Shown: positions 40,240-50,838, numbered from the stretch's first letter. The stretch: 64,000 nucleotides of DNA from Bdellovibrio sp. (GCA_036677065.1 JAKFBS010000002.1:608001-672000); one strand, 5' to 3'. The notes: a model not told the origin generated them from the letters alone. A program made the numbers and translations.

Positions 40240-40626
40240 TTAAGCTTGTTTATGAGCAATCACTTCGATTTCAACATTCACACCTTTTGGCAAACCGGCA
40301 ACAGCTACAGTTGAACGTGCTGGTGGGTTTTGCGGAAAACGCGTGGCATAAACTTCATTGACTGCAGCAAAGTCATTCATGCTTGTTAAAAAAATCGTCG
40401 TTTTGATGATATTTGAAAATTTAAGATCAGCTTGGGTTAAAACAGCTTCGATATTTTTCAATACCATTTCTGTTTGCTGTTTAACATCGCCCGTGAACAC
40501 TTCTTGTGTTTGCGGGTTAATTGCAATCTGCCCAGAGCAGAATAAAAAGTCTCCCATTTGCACAGCTTGTGAATAAGGACCAACTGCTTTGGGAGCATTG
40601 TCTGTGTGAAGAATTGATTTAGCCAT
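40240..40626 (-). CDS. ridA: RidA (YjgF/YER057c/UK114) enamine deaminase
   Basis: APKAVGPYSQ, SGQI, PPARSTV, LPKGVNVEIE. Confidence 0.93.
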   Translation of the reverse strand: MAKSILHTDNAPKAVGPYSQAVQMGDFLFCSGQIAINPQTQEVFTGDVKQQTEMVLKNIEAVLTQADLKFSNIIKTTIFLTSMNDFAAVNEVYATRFPQNPPARSTVAVAGLPKGVNVEIEVIAHKQA

Positions 40627-40635
40627 TACGTTCTC

Positions 40636-41127
40636 CTAGAAGTAAAAAATAATACCAGCACGCAGCGGATGATCTGCAATCGTGCGGATACGGGTGTCTT
40701 TAACTGATGACAATCCTAAACCGCCCTCAAACGAAAAACCAACATTTTCTAAACCAGTTAAGAAAAACTCAATACCCATTAAAAAATTAGCTTCAAAGCC
40801 ATTTTCTTTGCCAGTCACCGGCTCTTCAAATGTCACTAAACCCAGCTGACCACCAGCGTAATAATGCAATTGGTTTTCGTGAAAAATCACATGGCGAACA
40901 CCTGCATTGATTTGAAATTTTGAATAATCTTTTTTCGTGTCGACACCGACACCGCCAGTGACAGCAGTTAAACCATTAATGTGATAGACAACGGCTAAAG
41001 AAGGCAGACTTTCAGAGGTATTATCTTTAATACCCACTCCTAAACGTTGTGGCATTTCTTTAGCCGCAACCAGTGATGAAAATAACGACACAATTGCAAG
41101 GGCAAGGAATTTTTTTGATAACTTCAT
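40636..41127 (-). CDS. Small outer-membrane beta-barrel protein
   Basis: Signal peptide, alternating beta strands, C-terminal YF. Confidence 0.7.
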   Translation of the reverse strand: MKLSKKFLALAIVSLFSSLVAAKEMPQRLGVGIKDNTSESLPSLAVVYHINGLTAVTGGVGVDTKKDYSKFQINAGVRHVIFHENQLHYYAGGQLGLVTFEEPVTGKENGFEANFLMGIEFFLTGLENVGFSFEGGLGLSSVKDTRIRTIADHPLRAGIIFYF

Positions 41128-41197
41128 GATAGCCTCCATCCCCTATAGGTTGACACTGCGGCGTTGGCTTGTCAGCATATTTTCTATGGAGATTCAT

Positions 41198-41845
41198 ATG
41201 AAAAAATTAATGACCTTAGTTATACCTTTTGCAATCACAACATTTTCTTTAGCTCTATCTGCTCAAACTTTAACGACCAATGTTGGCGATAAAAAATATG
41301 ACACTTATAGCTTAGCGGATTCAGCTGATCTTAAAGTTGATAAAGACACGATGAACTTAAAGCCAGTTTCTCATGGTATCAGAAAGAAAAAATTTTTTGC
41401 AATCCTGCCAGTTAAAGTTTATTACGCAGAGCTATTAGCGGCTAAACCTGAAGCTTTAGTTAAGACGGATGCAGAAGCTTTATCTTCATTAAAAGCTGCA
41501 GGCCCTGTGCAATTGCGTTTAACGATGTTACGTGATTTGCCCGCAAAAAAGATTTCTGATTCTTTCGTTGACGCACTTAAGGCCAATGATGTTGCTGTTG
41601 ATTCAGGCGACATGAAAACTGTATTAGAACATATCTCGACGATGAGCGAATTCAAAAAAGGCGAAATTTTTTCAATCGTTGGCTCGTCAAAAGACGATAA
41701 AGGTTTTTTATATTTGCAAAAGCCTAATGGCGAAATCATCACGGTTGCCGGCTCTAATAAACTTGTCGAACAAATGTTTAGCATTTGGTTAGGCAAGCCA
41801 GTTGATGACAAATTAGCTGAGTTAAAAAAAGAACTTCTTAAATAG
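41198..41845 (+). CDS. Chalcone-isomerase-like secreted protein
   Basis: GIRKK..VKVYYAEL, LRLTMLRD, FSIWLG.PVD..LKKELL. Confidence 0.8.
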   Translation: MKKLMTLVIPFAITTFSLALSAQTLTTNVGDKKYDTYSLADSADLKVDKDTMNLKPVSHGIRKKKFFAILPVKVYYAELLAAKPEALVKTDAEALSSLKAAGPVQLRLTMLRDLPAKKISDSFVDALKANDVAVDSGDMKTVLEHISTMSEFKKGEIFSIVGSSKDDKGFLYLQKPNGEIITVAGSNKLVEQMFSIWLGKPVDDKLAELKKELLK

Positions 41846-43074
41846 TGCGTAAGTTCATATTATTTTTCTTTATTTCACTTTATTCAGCCTGTGTTTTTGC
41901 ACAGGCTTTTTCTATTGGCCAATTTTCAATTGGCGAAGCTGCAGTTGATTTAGATGTAAATGATTTTAACATCGAAAAAAGCCATAGTGATATCGACGCC
42001 AGCTTTAATGCCGATAGCATCCAGTGGCTGCGTCCAGAAAATAATTTACTAACTCCCCGTGTTTTATTAACTATTAATGTTCCGAAAAAATATCACCCCG
42101 TTTATTTTAAAATTGCAGGCCAAGTTGTCTTTGCCACACAAGTTTATGTAAATTTATTTAATCCTGAAACGATTCAAATTTTTCAGGGCGATAAAATCTT
42201 AGATACCATTCATATCACAGCAAAGTCTGTGGCCCGCTCTAAACTAAAACAATGGATCGATTACACTTGCCTACCGTATAATGTGGTTATCACAGGAATT
42301 GACCAGCAGTACTCATCAACGGGTTGCAAATTACACCGTGTGGGTTCTTTTGGCCGTGAAACTCCCCGCTTAGAGGTGGCCTTCGCTTCTCCGAATTTAA
42401 CCACCTTGGCTGGCGATCACCCGCCATTTTTATTTAATCTTCAGGATAACGCCGCCGTTGAAACGGTTTTAATAAATAATAGCACCAAAGAAAAAGTTAA
42501 CGTTTCGGTCAGTGCAAAACTTCCGCAACGTTTACAGCGTTTAAAAATGGCTGGCGGCATTGGTCCTTACTTTTTTACGAGCACTTATAATTTAGAAACT
42601 AAAGGACCAGATGCGGCTCCTTCATATATGTTATATGGAAAATACGAATTATCTGAAACATCCTCATTTAAAGCTTTTGATGCTTTAGTTTATAATAATA
42701 AATCCTTATTCAACAATTCAGGTTTATATTTTTCTTATGATTTGGCGCAAGTTCTTGATGGCCAAGTTGTTTTGGGCGCGCTGATTGGCTTTCAGGGTTT
42801 ACATTATCGTTTTGACAGCGGCTACCCGAGTGAATTTGAAGTGATTTATCCGCAAGGTTTTGAAATTACTTACAATCATGCCTTCGGAATTCAGAATTAT
42901 TATTTAAGTTATGGCATGTTTTTATCAACCACTGAAGATGTGTATCGCAACATCTGGCTTCGTTACGGCAGCCAAGTATTTTACGAATTAAATTATATTA
43001 CCTGGGGTTCGGATATTGCCGAAATCGAAATGTGGGGATTATCTGTGGGCTTTCCGTTATTTAAAGCTTTTTAA
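41845..43074 (+). CDS. Secreted hypothetical protein, possible C-terminal beta-barrel
   Basis: Signal peptide; aromatic-rich beta strands ending in F. Confidence 0.65.
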   Translation: MRKFILFFFISLYSACVFAQAFSIGQFSIGEAAVDLDVNDFNIEKSHSDIDASFNADSIQWLRPENNLLTPRVLLTINVPKKYHPVYFKIAGQVVFATQVYVNLFNPETIQIFQGDKILDTIHITAKSVARSKLKQWIDYTCLPYNVVITGIDQQYSSTGCKLHRVGSFGRETPRLEVAFASPNLTTLAGDHPPFLFNLQDNAAVETVLINNSTKEKVNVSVSAKLPQRLQRLKMAGGIGPYFFTSTYNLETKGPDAAPSYMLYGKYELSETSSFKAFDALVYNNKSLFNNSGLYFSYDLAQVLDGQVVLGALIGFQGLHYRFDSGYPSEFEVIYPQGFEITYNHAFGIQNYYLSYGMFLSTTEDVYRNIWLRYGSQVFYELNYITWGSDIAEIEMWGLSVGFPLFKAF

Positions 43075-43541
43075 TTAGATTTAAAATTAAGCTGAAATAA
43101 ATCCGGTCGAACAATTAAATTAAACTGTGCAGTATCATCAGTGATATTAATATCAGATCCGTCTTGATTTGGAAAAAACTGAGCATACACCTCTTTAGCT
43201 TTATCTCCGGTGTATTTTACGATTGCCGAGTTAAAACCGATTTTTCCAAAAGCAGAATTGAAAACTATAAATGAACAGTGGTAGACGTTCTCTTGTTTTT
43301 TATTGCAGACAAAAGTCATTTCTTTTTGTGAAACCGTTAAGACTTTGCCTGGCCCCAAAAAGCTGTTTTGCTCAGAGACATTCATCTGCTCATAAATTTG
43401 TGCTGGCGTATGATCAAAAGTGCCATCGAATGAATTCGAAATAAGATTAATCATATACTGCTGGCCCAAGAACCGCCCCTCGGTTCGGGCCTGCAAATTA
43501 AAACTGACTAAAATAAAACTTAAAAATAATAATTTATTCAT
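43071..43541 (-). CDS. Secreted hypothetical protein
   Basis: Signal peptide ending LQA. Confidence 0.7.
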   Translation of the reverse strand: MNKLLFLSFILVSFNLQARTEGRFLGQQYMINLISNSFDGTFDHTPAQIYEQMNVSEQNSFLGPGKVLTVSQKEMTFVCNKKQENVYHCSFIVFNSAFGKIGFNSAIVKYTGDKAKEVYAQFFPNQDGSDINITDDTAQFNLIVRPDLFQLNFKSN

Positions 43542-43554
43542 GACTTCTAAAAGG

Positions 43555-44838
43555 CTAACGTAAAGATCTGAAATTCACAAAAACTTTTTTTCCTGATTTT
43601 ATTTCTATGACTTGCGAAGGCAAGTTATCCGCAGTGGGAAAATCCGCGCTATCTAACCCCAAGACTTGTATGTCATATTTCCCCGGTTTTAAAAAAACGC
43701 GGGCCATTTGAATTTTAGATGGCAACGTCGACCATTGACGAAGATCGGCGCGGTCGGCCAAATTCATCGCAATCCAGGCCACCCCACCTAATAATTCATT
43801 TTTCTGTCTGATTTGGTCAGACATTACAGCTTTTGCAGCAACGCCTCCAATTCGGCGCGCTACTAATGACGAATAGTCTTTATCTAAAGTTATCATCGCC
43901 ATACGATCAATATCATAAACCACGCGCGACTTATTAACTTGGGTATAGATTTTACCTGTTGATGACTCAAGCGGAGTAATTTCAACCTGGGCGATGCTGG
44001 TTTTAAGATATTCAGTTTGTAGGGTTGGAAATCTAGGTTCGTCTTGGCGCGGGATTTTTTTGGCGCCAAAACCCTGTTGAAAAATAACAACGAGTTCACC
44101 GTTTTTACGACCATTTAATTCTGCATCTAAAGCATTGCGGTCAGCTTTAAATTCTTTTTTCCATTTATCTAAAGCTTGTTCTCGCCCTGCTAAACGCGCC
44201 GTGCGAATAAGATCTCCGCCAAGCCCCGAGATAGATGGATCTAACTTGTATGCTGCTTCATATTCGATGTAGGCATCGTCATATTTTTTTTGTGATTCCC
44301 AAATAATAGCTGATAAGTAACTGGCAAAGGGCGAAAGTTCATAGGCTTCGCGGCCTTCTATTTTAAATGATGAAATCTTGCTGTTGATTCTGCGGCACTC
44401 AACCAAGGCGGCATCAAAATCACCTAACATTAAATAATTTATCGCATTCATACTGTTGAGTAAAAATTTTTCGTAAGATTCACCCTTGTACTGAACCATT
44501 TCTTCGGCGCCTAAGGTGGCACCCACAATTTGGCTGACAGAGTGGTAATCTTTTTCTTCTAAAAGCCGATCGGCTTTAATAAAAGCCTCTGCAGAACTGC
44601 GGTAATCGCCAGAAATTTGTAAAGCCATGGCATAATCCAGCGTATACATCAGCTGGTCTTTTCCTGCCTCAGAAGATTTTTCTTTAAGTTCTTTTAAGGC
44701 TTGCGTGATTTGCCCTTGGCGAAGAAGACTTTTGGTGTTTTCTGACTGCGCCAAAAAAGAAGCGCAGCCGACCATCGTCAAGATTGTCACGACAAGTACA
44801 AAACGAATAAATTGAAATGATTTTTTTGTGACTAGCAT
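43555..44838 (-). CDS. COG3014-like TPR lipoprotein
   Basis: MVGC lipobox, YKGESYE, ALVECRR, ADLRQWSTLP. Confidence 0.78.
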   Translation of the reverse strand: MLVTKKSFQFIRFVLVVTILTMVGCASFLAQSENTKSLLRQGQITQALKELKEKSSEAGKDQLMYTLDYAMALQISGDYRSSAEAFIKADRLLEEKDYHSVSQIVGATLGAEEMVQYKGESYEKFLLNSMNAINYLMLGDFDAALVECRRINSKISSFKIEGREAYELSPFASYLSAIIWESQKKYDDAYIEYEAAYKLDPSISGLGGDLIRTARLAGREQALDKWKKEFKADRNALDAELNGRKNGELVVIFQQGFGAKKIPRQDEPRFPTLQTEYLKTSIAQVEITPLESSTGKIYTQVNKSRVVYDIDRMAMITLDKDYSSLVARRIGGVAAKAVMSDQIRQKNELLGGVAWIAMNLADRADLRQWSTLPSKIQMARVFLKPGKYDIQVLGLDSADFPTADNLPSQVIEIKSGKKVFVNFRSLR

Positions 44839-44890
44839 TATTAAAATTATGATTTATTACTTGATAAGCCGCAATAGCAAAAGATAGCAT

Positions 44891-47077
44891 GTGGAATCTA
44901 TGATGCATCTACCGGAGCTTATTCAGGATCTTGGCTTTATTTTAATCACTGCAGCTGTAGTGACGTTGATCTTCAAAAAGCTTAATCAGCCCGTTGTTTT
45001 AGGGTATCTGATCGCAGGTTTTTTAGTAAGCTCGCATGTTCCGTTTTTGCCAAACGTGAAGGATGTCGAATCTATTAAAATTTGGGCTGAAATCGGAATC
45101 ATCGTTTTACTATTTGGTTTAGGCTTAGAATTCAGCTTTAAAAAATTAGCTCAAACCGGAAGATCAGCAACGATCACGGCGCTCTTTGAAGTTATCTTTA
45201 TGTTGGTAGCAGGCTTTGTTTTCGGCCAAATCATGGGCTGGAATCAAATAGATAGTCTGTACTTAGGTGGTATTTTATCTATTTCTTCGACCACGATTAT
45301 TATTCGCGCCTTTGATGAATTAGGGCTCAAAGGGCAGAAATTTGTTTCATTAGTTTTTGGCGTGCTGATCGTTGAAGATATCGTGGCGATTTTACTCTTA
45401 GTCGCACTCTCAACAGTGGCGATCTCGCGTGAACTTTCAGGGCCAGATCTGATCTATTCCGGCTTTCGCTTAGGATTTTTCTTAATTTTGTGGTTTATCA
45501 TAGGTATTTACGTGTTGCCAACACTCATGCGTAAAATCAAACGCTTTTTAAATAATGAAACCACTTTAATAGTTTCTTTAGGGCTTTGCCTTGGCATGGT
45601 CAGTTTAGCCACTTATGCGGGGTTTTCTCCGGCACTGGGCGCATTCGTTATGGGTTCGATTTTAGCTGAAACCAACGAAGGCCCGCGCATTGAAAAATTA
45701 ATTCACCCGATTAAAGATCTTTTTTCTGCGGTATTTTTCGTGTCTGTAGGAATGATGATTGATCCGGCTATTTTACAAGAGTACAGCTGGCAAATTTTAT
45801 TAATCACTTGCATCACGATTTTTGGTAAAGTGATCAGCACTTCATTAGGTGCTTTGTTATCAGGCGTGAGCTTTCGCCACTCAGTGCAAGCTGGGATGAG
45901 TCTTGCTCAAATTGGCGAGTTCTCGTTTATTATCGCAACTTTAGGTTTAACTTTAAAAGTCACCAGTGATTTTTTATACCCAATTGCAGTTTCAGTTTCA
46001 GCGATCACCACCTTTGCGACTCCGTACCTGATTAAAAATTCTGACAGCTTGCAATTGTTTTTACGGACTAAACTGCCGGTGAATTTCTTTAATCGTATTG
46101 AAAAATATCAAACTGCTTTCTTAGCTGAACAAAGCGAATCAGGAATCGTTAAAATACTATGGCGCGCCTATGGCTGGAAAACCTTGATTAACGGGGTTTT
46201 AGTTTTTGCGATCATTTCTATAGCTATTCTTTTGCGTTCGCGCTTTGGCGATTATATTTCTTTTGGTATAGCTTGTTTTCTTTCGATTCCGTTCTACTGG
46301 GCGATGTGCTTTGGCCAGCCTTCGAAGTTCTTAACGGATAACGAACTCGCACGTCTTCACCAGCTTGATATTGGTGTTTTTATCGGGCGAAATGTTTTAG
46401 GCTTTTTATTTGCTCTTTACGCTGTAAGTAGCTTTATGTCATTGAATTCATGGCAAGGCTTAGTTTGTTTTGCCAGCCTTACATTGTTGGTGTTTTTTGG
46501 CGGGCTTTCACAAGGCTTTTATCAAAAAATTGAAAATAAATTTATGAATAATCTGGTGTACGAAAGTCCGACTCGTAAACCAAAACTTGCTCCGTGGGAT
46601 GCAAGTCTTGCGACATTTACTATAAATCCGAACTCGAAATATGTGGGTTTAACGCTATTAGATTCAAAAATTAAAGAAAAATATAACATCACGGTGGCTT
46701 TAGTTGAGCGTGGCGAAAGTAAACATTTAGCTCCCGATCGCGATCTTATTCTTATGCCCTATGATAAGTTATATCTAATAGGCACAGATGAACAGGTTCA
46801 CAAGCTTGGAACCGAACTAGAAACCTCAATCTATAAAGATGGCGATAGCCCAGCTGAATCGTATCGCTTACGCTCTTTAAAAGTGACCTCATCGTCTCCG
46901 TTTGCAAATAAAACGATTCGCGAAAGCACAATCCGTGAAAAAACATCGGGCTTAATCGTGGGCATCGAACGTAATGGTGAGCGGATAATTAGCCCCGACT
47001 CGTCGATGGAAATCCTGGTCAACGATATACTTTGGATTGTTGGCGATTATGATAAAATTAGCCGACTGCGTTCATAG
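44891..47077 (+). CDS. CPA2 cation:proton antiporter with C-terminal TrkA-C/RCK domains
   Basis: QPVVLGYLIAG, GLEFS, SSTTII, QIGEFSFI, two RCK-C repeats. Confidence 0.92.
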   Translation: MESMMHLPELIQDLGFILITAAVVTLIFKKLNQPVVLGYLIAGFLVSSHVPFLPNVKDVESIKIWAEIGIIVLLFGLGLEFSFKKLAQTGRSATITALFEVIFMLVAGFVFGQIMGWNQIDSLYLGGILSISSTTIIIRAFDELGLKGQKFVSLVFGVLIVEDIVAILLLVALSTVAISRELSGPDLIYSGFRLGFFLILWFIIGIYVLPTLMRKIKRFLNNETTLIVSLGLCLGMVSLATYAGFSPALGAFVMGSILAETNEGPRIEKLIHPIKDLFSAVFFVSVGMMIDPAILQEYSWQILLITCITIFGKVISTSLGALLSGVSFRHSVQAGMSLAQIGEFSFIIATLGLTLKVTSDFLYPIAVSVSAITTFATPYLIKNSDSLQLFLRTKLPVNFFNRIEKYQTAFLAEQSESGIVKILWRAYGWKTLINGVLVFAIISIAILLRSRFGDYISFGIACFLSIPFYWAMCFGQPSKFLTDNELARLHQLDIGVFIGRNVLGFLFALYAVSSFMSLNSWQGLVCFASLTLLVFFGGLSQGFYQKIENKFMNNLVYESPTRKPKLAPWDASLATFTINPNSKYVGLTLLDSKIKEKYNITVALVERGESKHLAPDRDLILMPYDKLYLIGTDEQVHKLGTELETSIYKDGDSPAESYRLRSLKVTSSSPFANKTIRESTIREKTSGLIVGIERNGERIISPDSSMEILVNDILWIVGDYDKISRLRS

Positions 47078-47117
47078 CGTGGCTTTTGCATGATGAATTT
47101 CTCAATGGAGAATTCAT

Positions 47118-48551
47118 ATGAATATGCGCAACGCAGTGACCGTATTTTTAATCTCAGCATTAGCCACAACTGTTTCGTTCGCTGGTCCGATCGTAAATAA
47201 ATTAGGTAAAAACCCGTTTAACACTCAAATTGCTGAACTTATCGAATCAGCTTTAGGCCGCTGGTCTCAAACAGATTCATTAAATCCAGCGGTGGCGTAT
47301 TATGAAACTTTTCCTGCACGATCAATGTTACCTTTAGACGATGTTACTTTTGTACCGCGAACAAATGATACAGATTCAGTGGTATTAACTGATTATATTG
47401 CTATCGGCGCGCTGTCGTCTACGGGGTCTGCAATTGGCTTACGTATGGCTTTAGCGCCGCAAGAATCCCGGCTTAAAGTTTCTCAGTCGCTGGCCGAAAG
47501 TGGATTGGTCAAAACTGGTGATATTATCGTTTCAACTCGTCCTTTATTTGCGAACTCGTTACAATACTTAGCATTGCAATTATTAAATACTCACAACTCT
47601 GTAGCTGTTGTTGTTAACGAGAATGGCAAAAAGTTATTTTATAACATTGATATGCCGATGGATGAAGACATGTTAGGGGGTGCGGCTTTAGGTTTTGGCA
47701 GATCCGCCATCGATTCGCCGCATTTTACTAAAGATAATAAAAACATGATGGTTCACATTTTACGCCCACGTTTAGACTCAAACCAAAAACTAAACCTGCA
47801 AAAATGGCTAGAAAAATCCTTGAGCAAAGCGCGCGCAAAAACTATTTATCCCAAGTTTGTATCTTTTAACAAAGATTACAACAAACCGACGTATCAAAGT
47901 GACGGAGATCTATCTTTCGTGGCTGATGTCGCCCGTCTTTTATTGGGCCAGAAAATGCAGGTTCACAAACATATCAAAATGTACTGCTCTGAATTTTCGT
48001 GGGTCATGTTATCGCTAAAAGATTGTAATCCAGACACAACTGCAGATGATTTCAAAAAATCAAAAACTCCGGCATGCGTAAAAGAATTTTTTAAACCGAT
48101 GCAAATGTTTGGTTCAGCATTCAGCGGTGGCTCAAGCACAGATCAGGATTTATATGGCATGAGTGATGGTATTCCGATGTTAATCACACAAACGGGGGCA
48201 TTGCCCCGGACAAGTATGGAACTTATCGACTTTGCTTTACCCGGTGTTGATCGTGAAGCAGATGGTTTATCTAGCGGCCACAAAGCTATCGCTGCTGAGA
48301 TGGCTCCCCTGATCAAAAAAGCCAATGGTTACTTCAAGTTAATTTTAACTCGGGAATACTCACAAATCGATGATGCCCGGGCAAAATTAAATCCGGCGGC
48401 TCCCCGCAACTATTCGCCAACCAGTTTTTCGGTACTGGCTGCCATACCAGACACTTTGAACGGTCAAAAAGTTTCGCAAAAGAAATTCGACTACGTCACA
48501 ACAATTAAATACCTACCTAAAGCTAAACTCAAAGACCTACAGTCGAAATAA
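47118..48551 (+). CDS. Secreted permuted papain-like (NlpC/P60 superfamily) protein, paralog A
   Basis: Signal peptide; KTGDIIVS, THNSVAV, MYCSEFSW with His before Cys. Confidence 0.7.
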   Translation: MNMRNAVTVFLISALATTVSFAGPIVNKLGKNPFNTQIAELIESALGRWSQTDSLNPAVAYYETFPARSMLPLDDVTFVPRTNDTDSVVLTDYIAIGALSSTGSAIGLRMALAPQESRLKVSQSLAESGLVKTGDIIVSTRPLFANSLQYLALQLLNTHNSVAVVVNENGKKLFYNIDMPMDEDMLGGAALGFGRSAIDSPHFTKDNKNMMVHILRPRLDSNQKLNLQKWLEKSLSKARAKTIYPKFVSFNKDYNKPTYQSDGDLSFVADVARLLLGQKMQVHKHIKMYCSEFSWVMLSLKDCNPDTTADDFKKSKTPACVKEFFKPMQMFGSAFSGGSSTDQDLYGMSDGIPMLITQTGALPRTSMELIDFALPGVDREADGLSSGHKAIAAEMAPLIKKANGYFKLILTREYSQIDDARAKLNPAAPRNYSPTSFSVLAAIPDTLNGQKVSQKKFDYVTTIKYLPKAKLKDLQSK

Positions 48552-48836
48552 GTCTGTTTTTTCTCGCACCGAGGGGCATTGCCCCGAATAAACTTAGTGT
48601 CTCAAATCGAGAAAAACCCTTGCAGTAACGCTTAACTTTTTCTTTGAGTGTGTCAGTGATGTGTCTGACGACGAGTTAGACACTAGGGCCCGCAATAATT
48701 GTCCTACACCAAATTTTAAAGCCTTAAAACAATTTTATCCTGTTTAAAGCTGTCTGAATCGGGCACTTTTCTTGAACCTTAGCTCTTCGTTGAGTTTTTA
48801 TAAACGGTTATTAATTATATAAAACGGAGAAAACAT

Positions 48837-50273
48837 ATGAACATGAAAAAAGCAATTAGCGCCTTTTTAAGTACAGCATTACTGGTAAGCACAGCAACTG
48901 CTGGTCCCATCGTAAACAAATTGGGAAAAAATGCGTTTAACACACAAATTTCTGCAGGGATTGAATCAGTTCTTGGTAAATGGAGTCAATCGGCTTCTTT
49001 AAATCCTTCAGTAGTGTTCTATGAAACTTTTCCGGCAAAATCTATGTTGTCTTTAAATGACGTATCTTTTGTTCCTCGTTCAGATGATACAAACTCAGTT
49101 GTATTAACAGACTACGTTTCTATCGCTGCTCAGTCAGCAACTGGAACTTCATTAGGTTTACGTATGGCTTTAGCGCCGCAAGAATCTCGTCTTGAAGCTG
49201 CTCGTTCAATGGCTGAAAGCGGATTAATCAAAACTGGAGACACTATCGTTTCAGTTCGTCCTATGTTTGCTAACTCATTACAATATTTAGCGATCCAATT
49301 ACTTAACACTCACATTTCAACTGCAGTTGTTGTTACTGAAAATGGCCGTAAGGTTGTTTACAATATCGATATGCCGATGGATGCTGACATGTTAGGTGGA
49401 GCTGCTCAAGGTTTCGGTAAATCAGTAATGGATTCACCTCACTTTACTGGTGATAACGAAAATTTAATGGTTCACATTTTACGTCCGCGTTTAAATGAAT
49501 CACAAAGACAAAACATGCAAAAATGGTTTGAAAAATCTTTAGCTAAAGCCCGCGCTAAAACGATATACCCGAAATCTTTATCATTTAACTCTGACTATAA
49601 CAGCCCGACATACCGTGGTAGCGACATTTCTTTCGTAGGTGATGTAGGCCGTCTTTTATTAGACCAAAAATTAAAAGCTGCTGACCACTTACAAATGTTT
49701 TGTTCTGAGTTTGCTTGGGTAATGTTATCTTTACGTGACTGTAACCCAGATTCAACTGCAAAAGATTTCGCAAAAAACGATACTCCTTCTTGCGTATCTA
49801 AATTCTTTGAACCAATGCAAGTTTTCGGTTCTGGCTTTAGCGGTGGTGATGTTGAAAGAGACCAATCATTATATGGTATGACTGATGGTATCCCAATGTT
49901 AATCGAGCAAACTGGTGCTGGTCCGCAAGTGGCTATGCAGTTAATCGACTTCTCTTTACCAGGTACAGAAAAAGAAGCTAAAGGTTTATCAAACGGTCAT
50001 AAAGGTGTGGCTTCTGCAATGGCTCCGCTAATCGCTCAAATGAACGGTTACTTTAAATTAGCTTTATTAGACAGAACTGCTGCGAAAATCGATGGTGCAA
50101 GAGCTCAGTTAAATCCGGCTTCTCCTCGTAACTACTCGCCAACAGGTTTCTCGGTTCATGCAGCAATGCCGAACTCGATCAACGGTAAAACTGTATCACA
50201 AAAGAAATTTGACTACGTAGTAACTGTAAAATACGTACCTAAAGCTAAACTTAAAGATCTTCAATCTAAATAA
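48837..50273 (+). CDS. Secreted permuted papain-like protein, paralog B
   Basis: Colinear with paralog A; KTGDTIVS, THISTAV, MFCSEFAW. Confidence 0.7.
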   Translation: MNMKKAISAFLSTALLVSTATAGPIVNKLGKNAFNTQISAGIESVLGKWSQSASLNPSVVFYETFPAKSMLSLNDVSFVPRSDDTNSVVLTDYVSIAAQSATGTSLGLRMALAPQESRLEAARSMAESGLIKTGDTIVSVRPMFANSLQYLAIQLLNTHISTAVVVTENGRKVVYNIDMPMDADMLGGAAQGFGKSVMDSPHFTGDNENLMVHILRPRLNESQRQNMQKWFEKSLAKARAKTIYPKSLSFNSDYNSPTYRGSDISFVGDVGRLLLDQKLKAADHLQMFCSEFAWVMLSLRDCNPDSTAKDFAKNDTPSCVSKFFEPMQVFGSGFSGGDVERDQSLYGMTDGIPMLIEQTGAGPQVAMQLIDFSLPGTEKEAKGLSNGHKGVASAMAPLIAQMNGYFKLALLDRTAAKIDGARAQLNPASPRNYSPTGFSVHAAMPNSINGKTVSQKKFDYVVTVKYVPKAKLKDLQSK

Positions 50274-50300
50274 TTTAAAGCGAAAGAAAACGAGAAATAT

Positions 50301-50807
50301 ATGAAAAAACAAATTTTATTAACTCTAGTGACTTTGTTAACTGTATCTTCAGCTTTCGCTGAATCAGAGATCACAAGACTACAACGCGTAAAAACTAAAG
50401 ATTGCTCAACTGCTGAATTAGCAAAAGCAATTACAGCAACTGCAGATAACGTTCTTTACTCTGAGAAAAAAGTAACTGTTCTTGAAGAAAGTTTAGAAAT
50501 CACGACTGCACAAAAAGAAGCTGGTACGATCGCAAAAGTATTAGGTTCATACCCACGCTCTAGCGTCTCAGCTCACAGCAAAACTGTTGTTAAAGCTGAA
50601 GCTGCTGCAGCCTCTGGTAAAGTAGGAATTACAGCTCCTGCATTGTTTGATGTTGTTTACGCTGTTCAAGATGCATCTGGTGCTCAAATTGGTTCTAGAG
50701 GCCGTGTTTCTATCGCAGTAACTTGCCGTGTAGAAAAAATCGGTAACAAGATCGCTCACGCAGCTTCTCTTTTATCTTTTGATGTGAAAGCTAAAGGCGT
50801 TAAATAA
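50301..50807 (+). CDS. Secreted hypothetical protein, probably co-transcribed with paralog B
   Basis: Signal peptide ending AFA; 27 bp gap; shared terminator. Confidence 0.75.
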   Translation: MKKQILLTLVTLLTVSSAFAESEITRLQRVKTKDCSTAELAKAITATADNVLYSEKKVTVLEESLEITTAQKEAGTIAKVLGSYPRSSVSAHSKTVVKAEAAAASGKVGITAPALFDVVYAVQDASGAQIGSRGRVSIAVTCRVEKIGNKIAHAASLLSFDVKAKGVK

Positions 50808-50838
50808 TTTTTAAATAAGAAAACCAAGACCCAAACTT

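Noticed and set aside
47075..48776. sigma54 promoters before the two large hydrolase paralogs
   Set aside because: TAGCGTGGCTTTTGCA lacks the invariant GG and GGGCACTTTTCTTGAA lacks the invariant GC.
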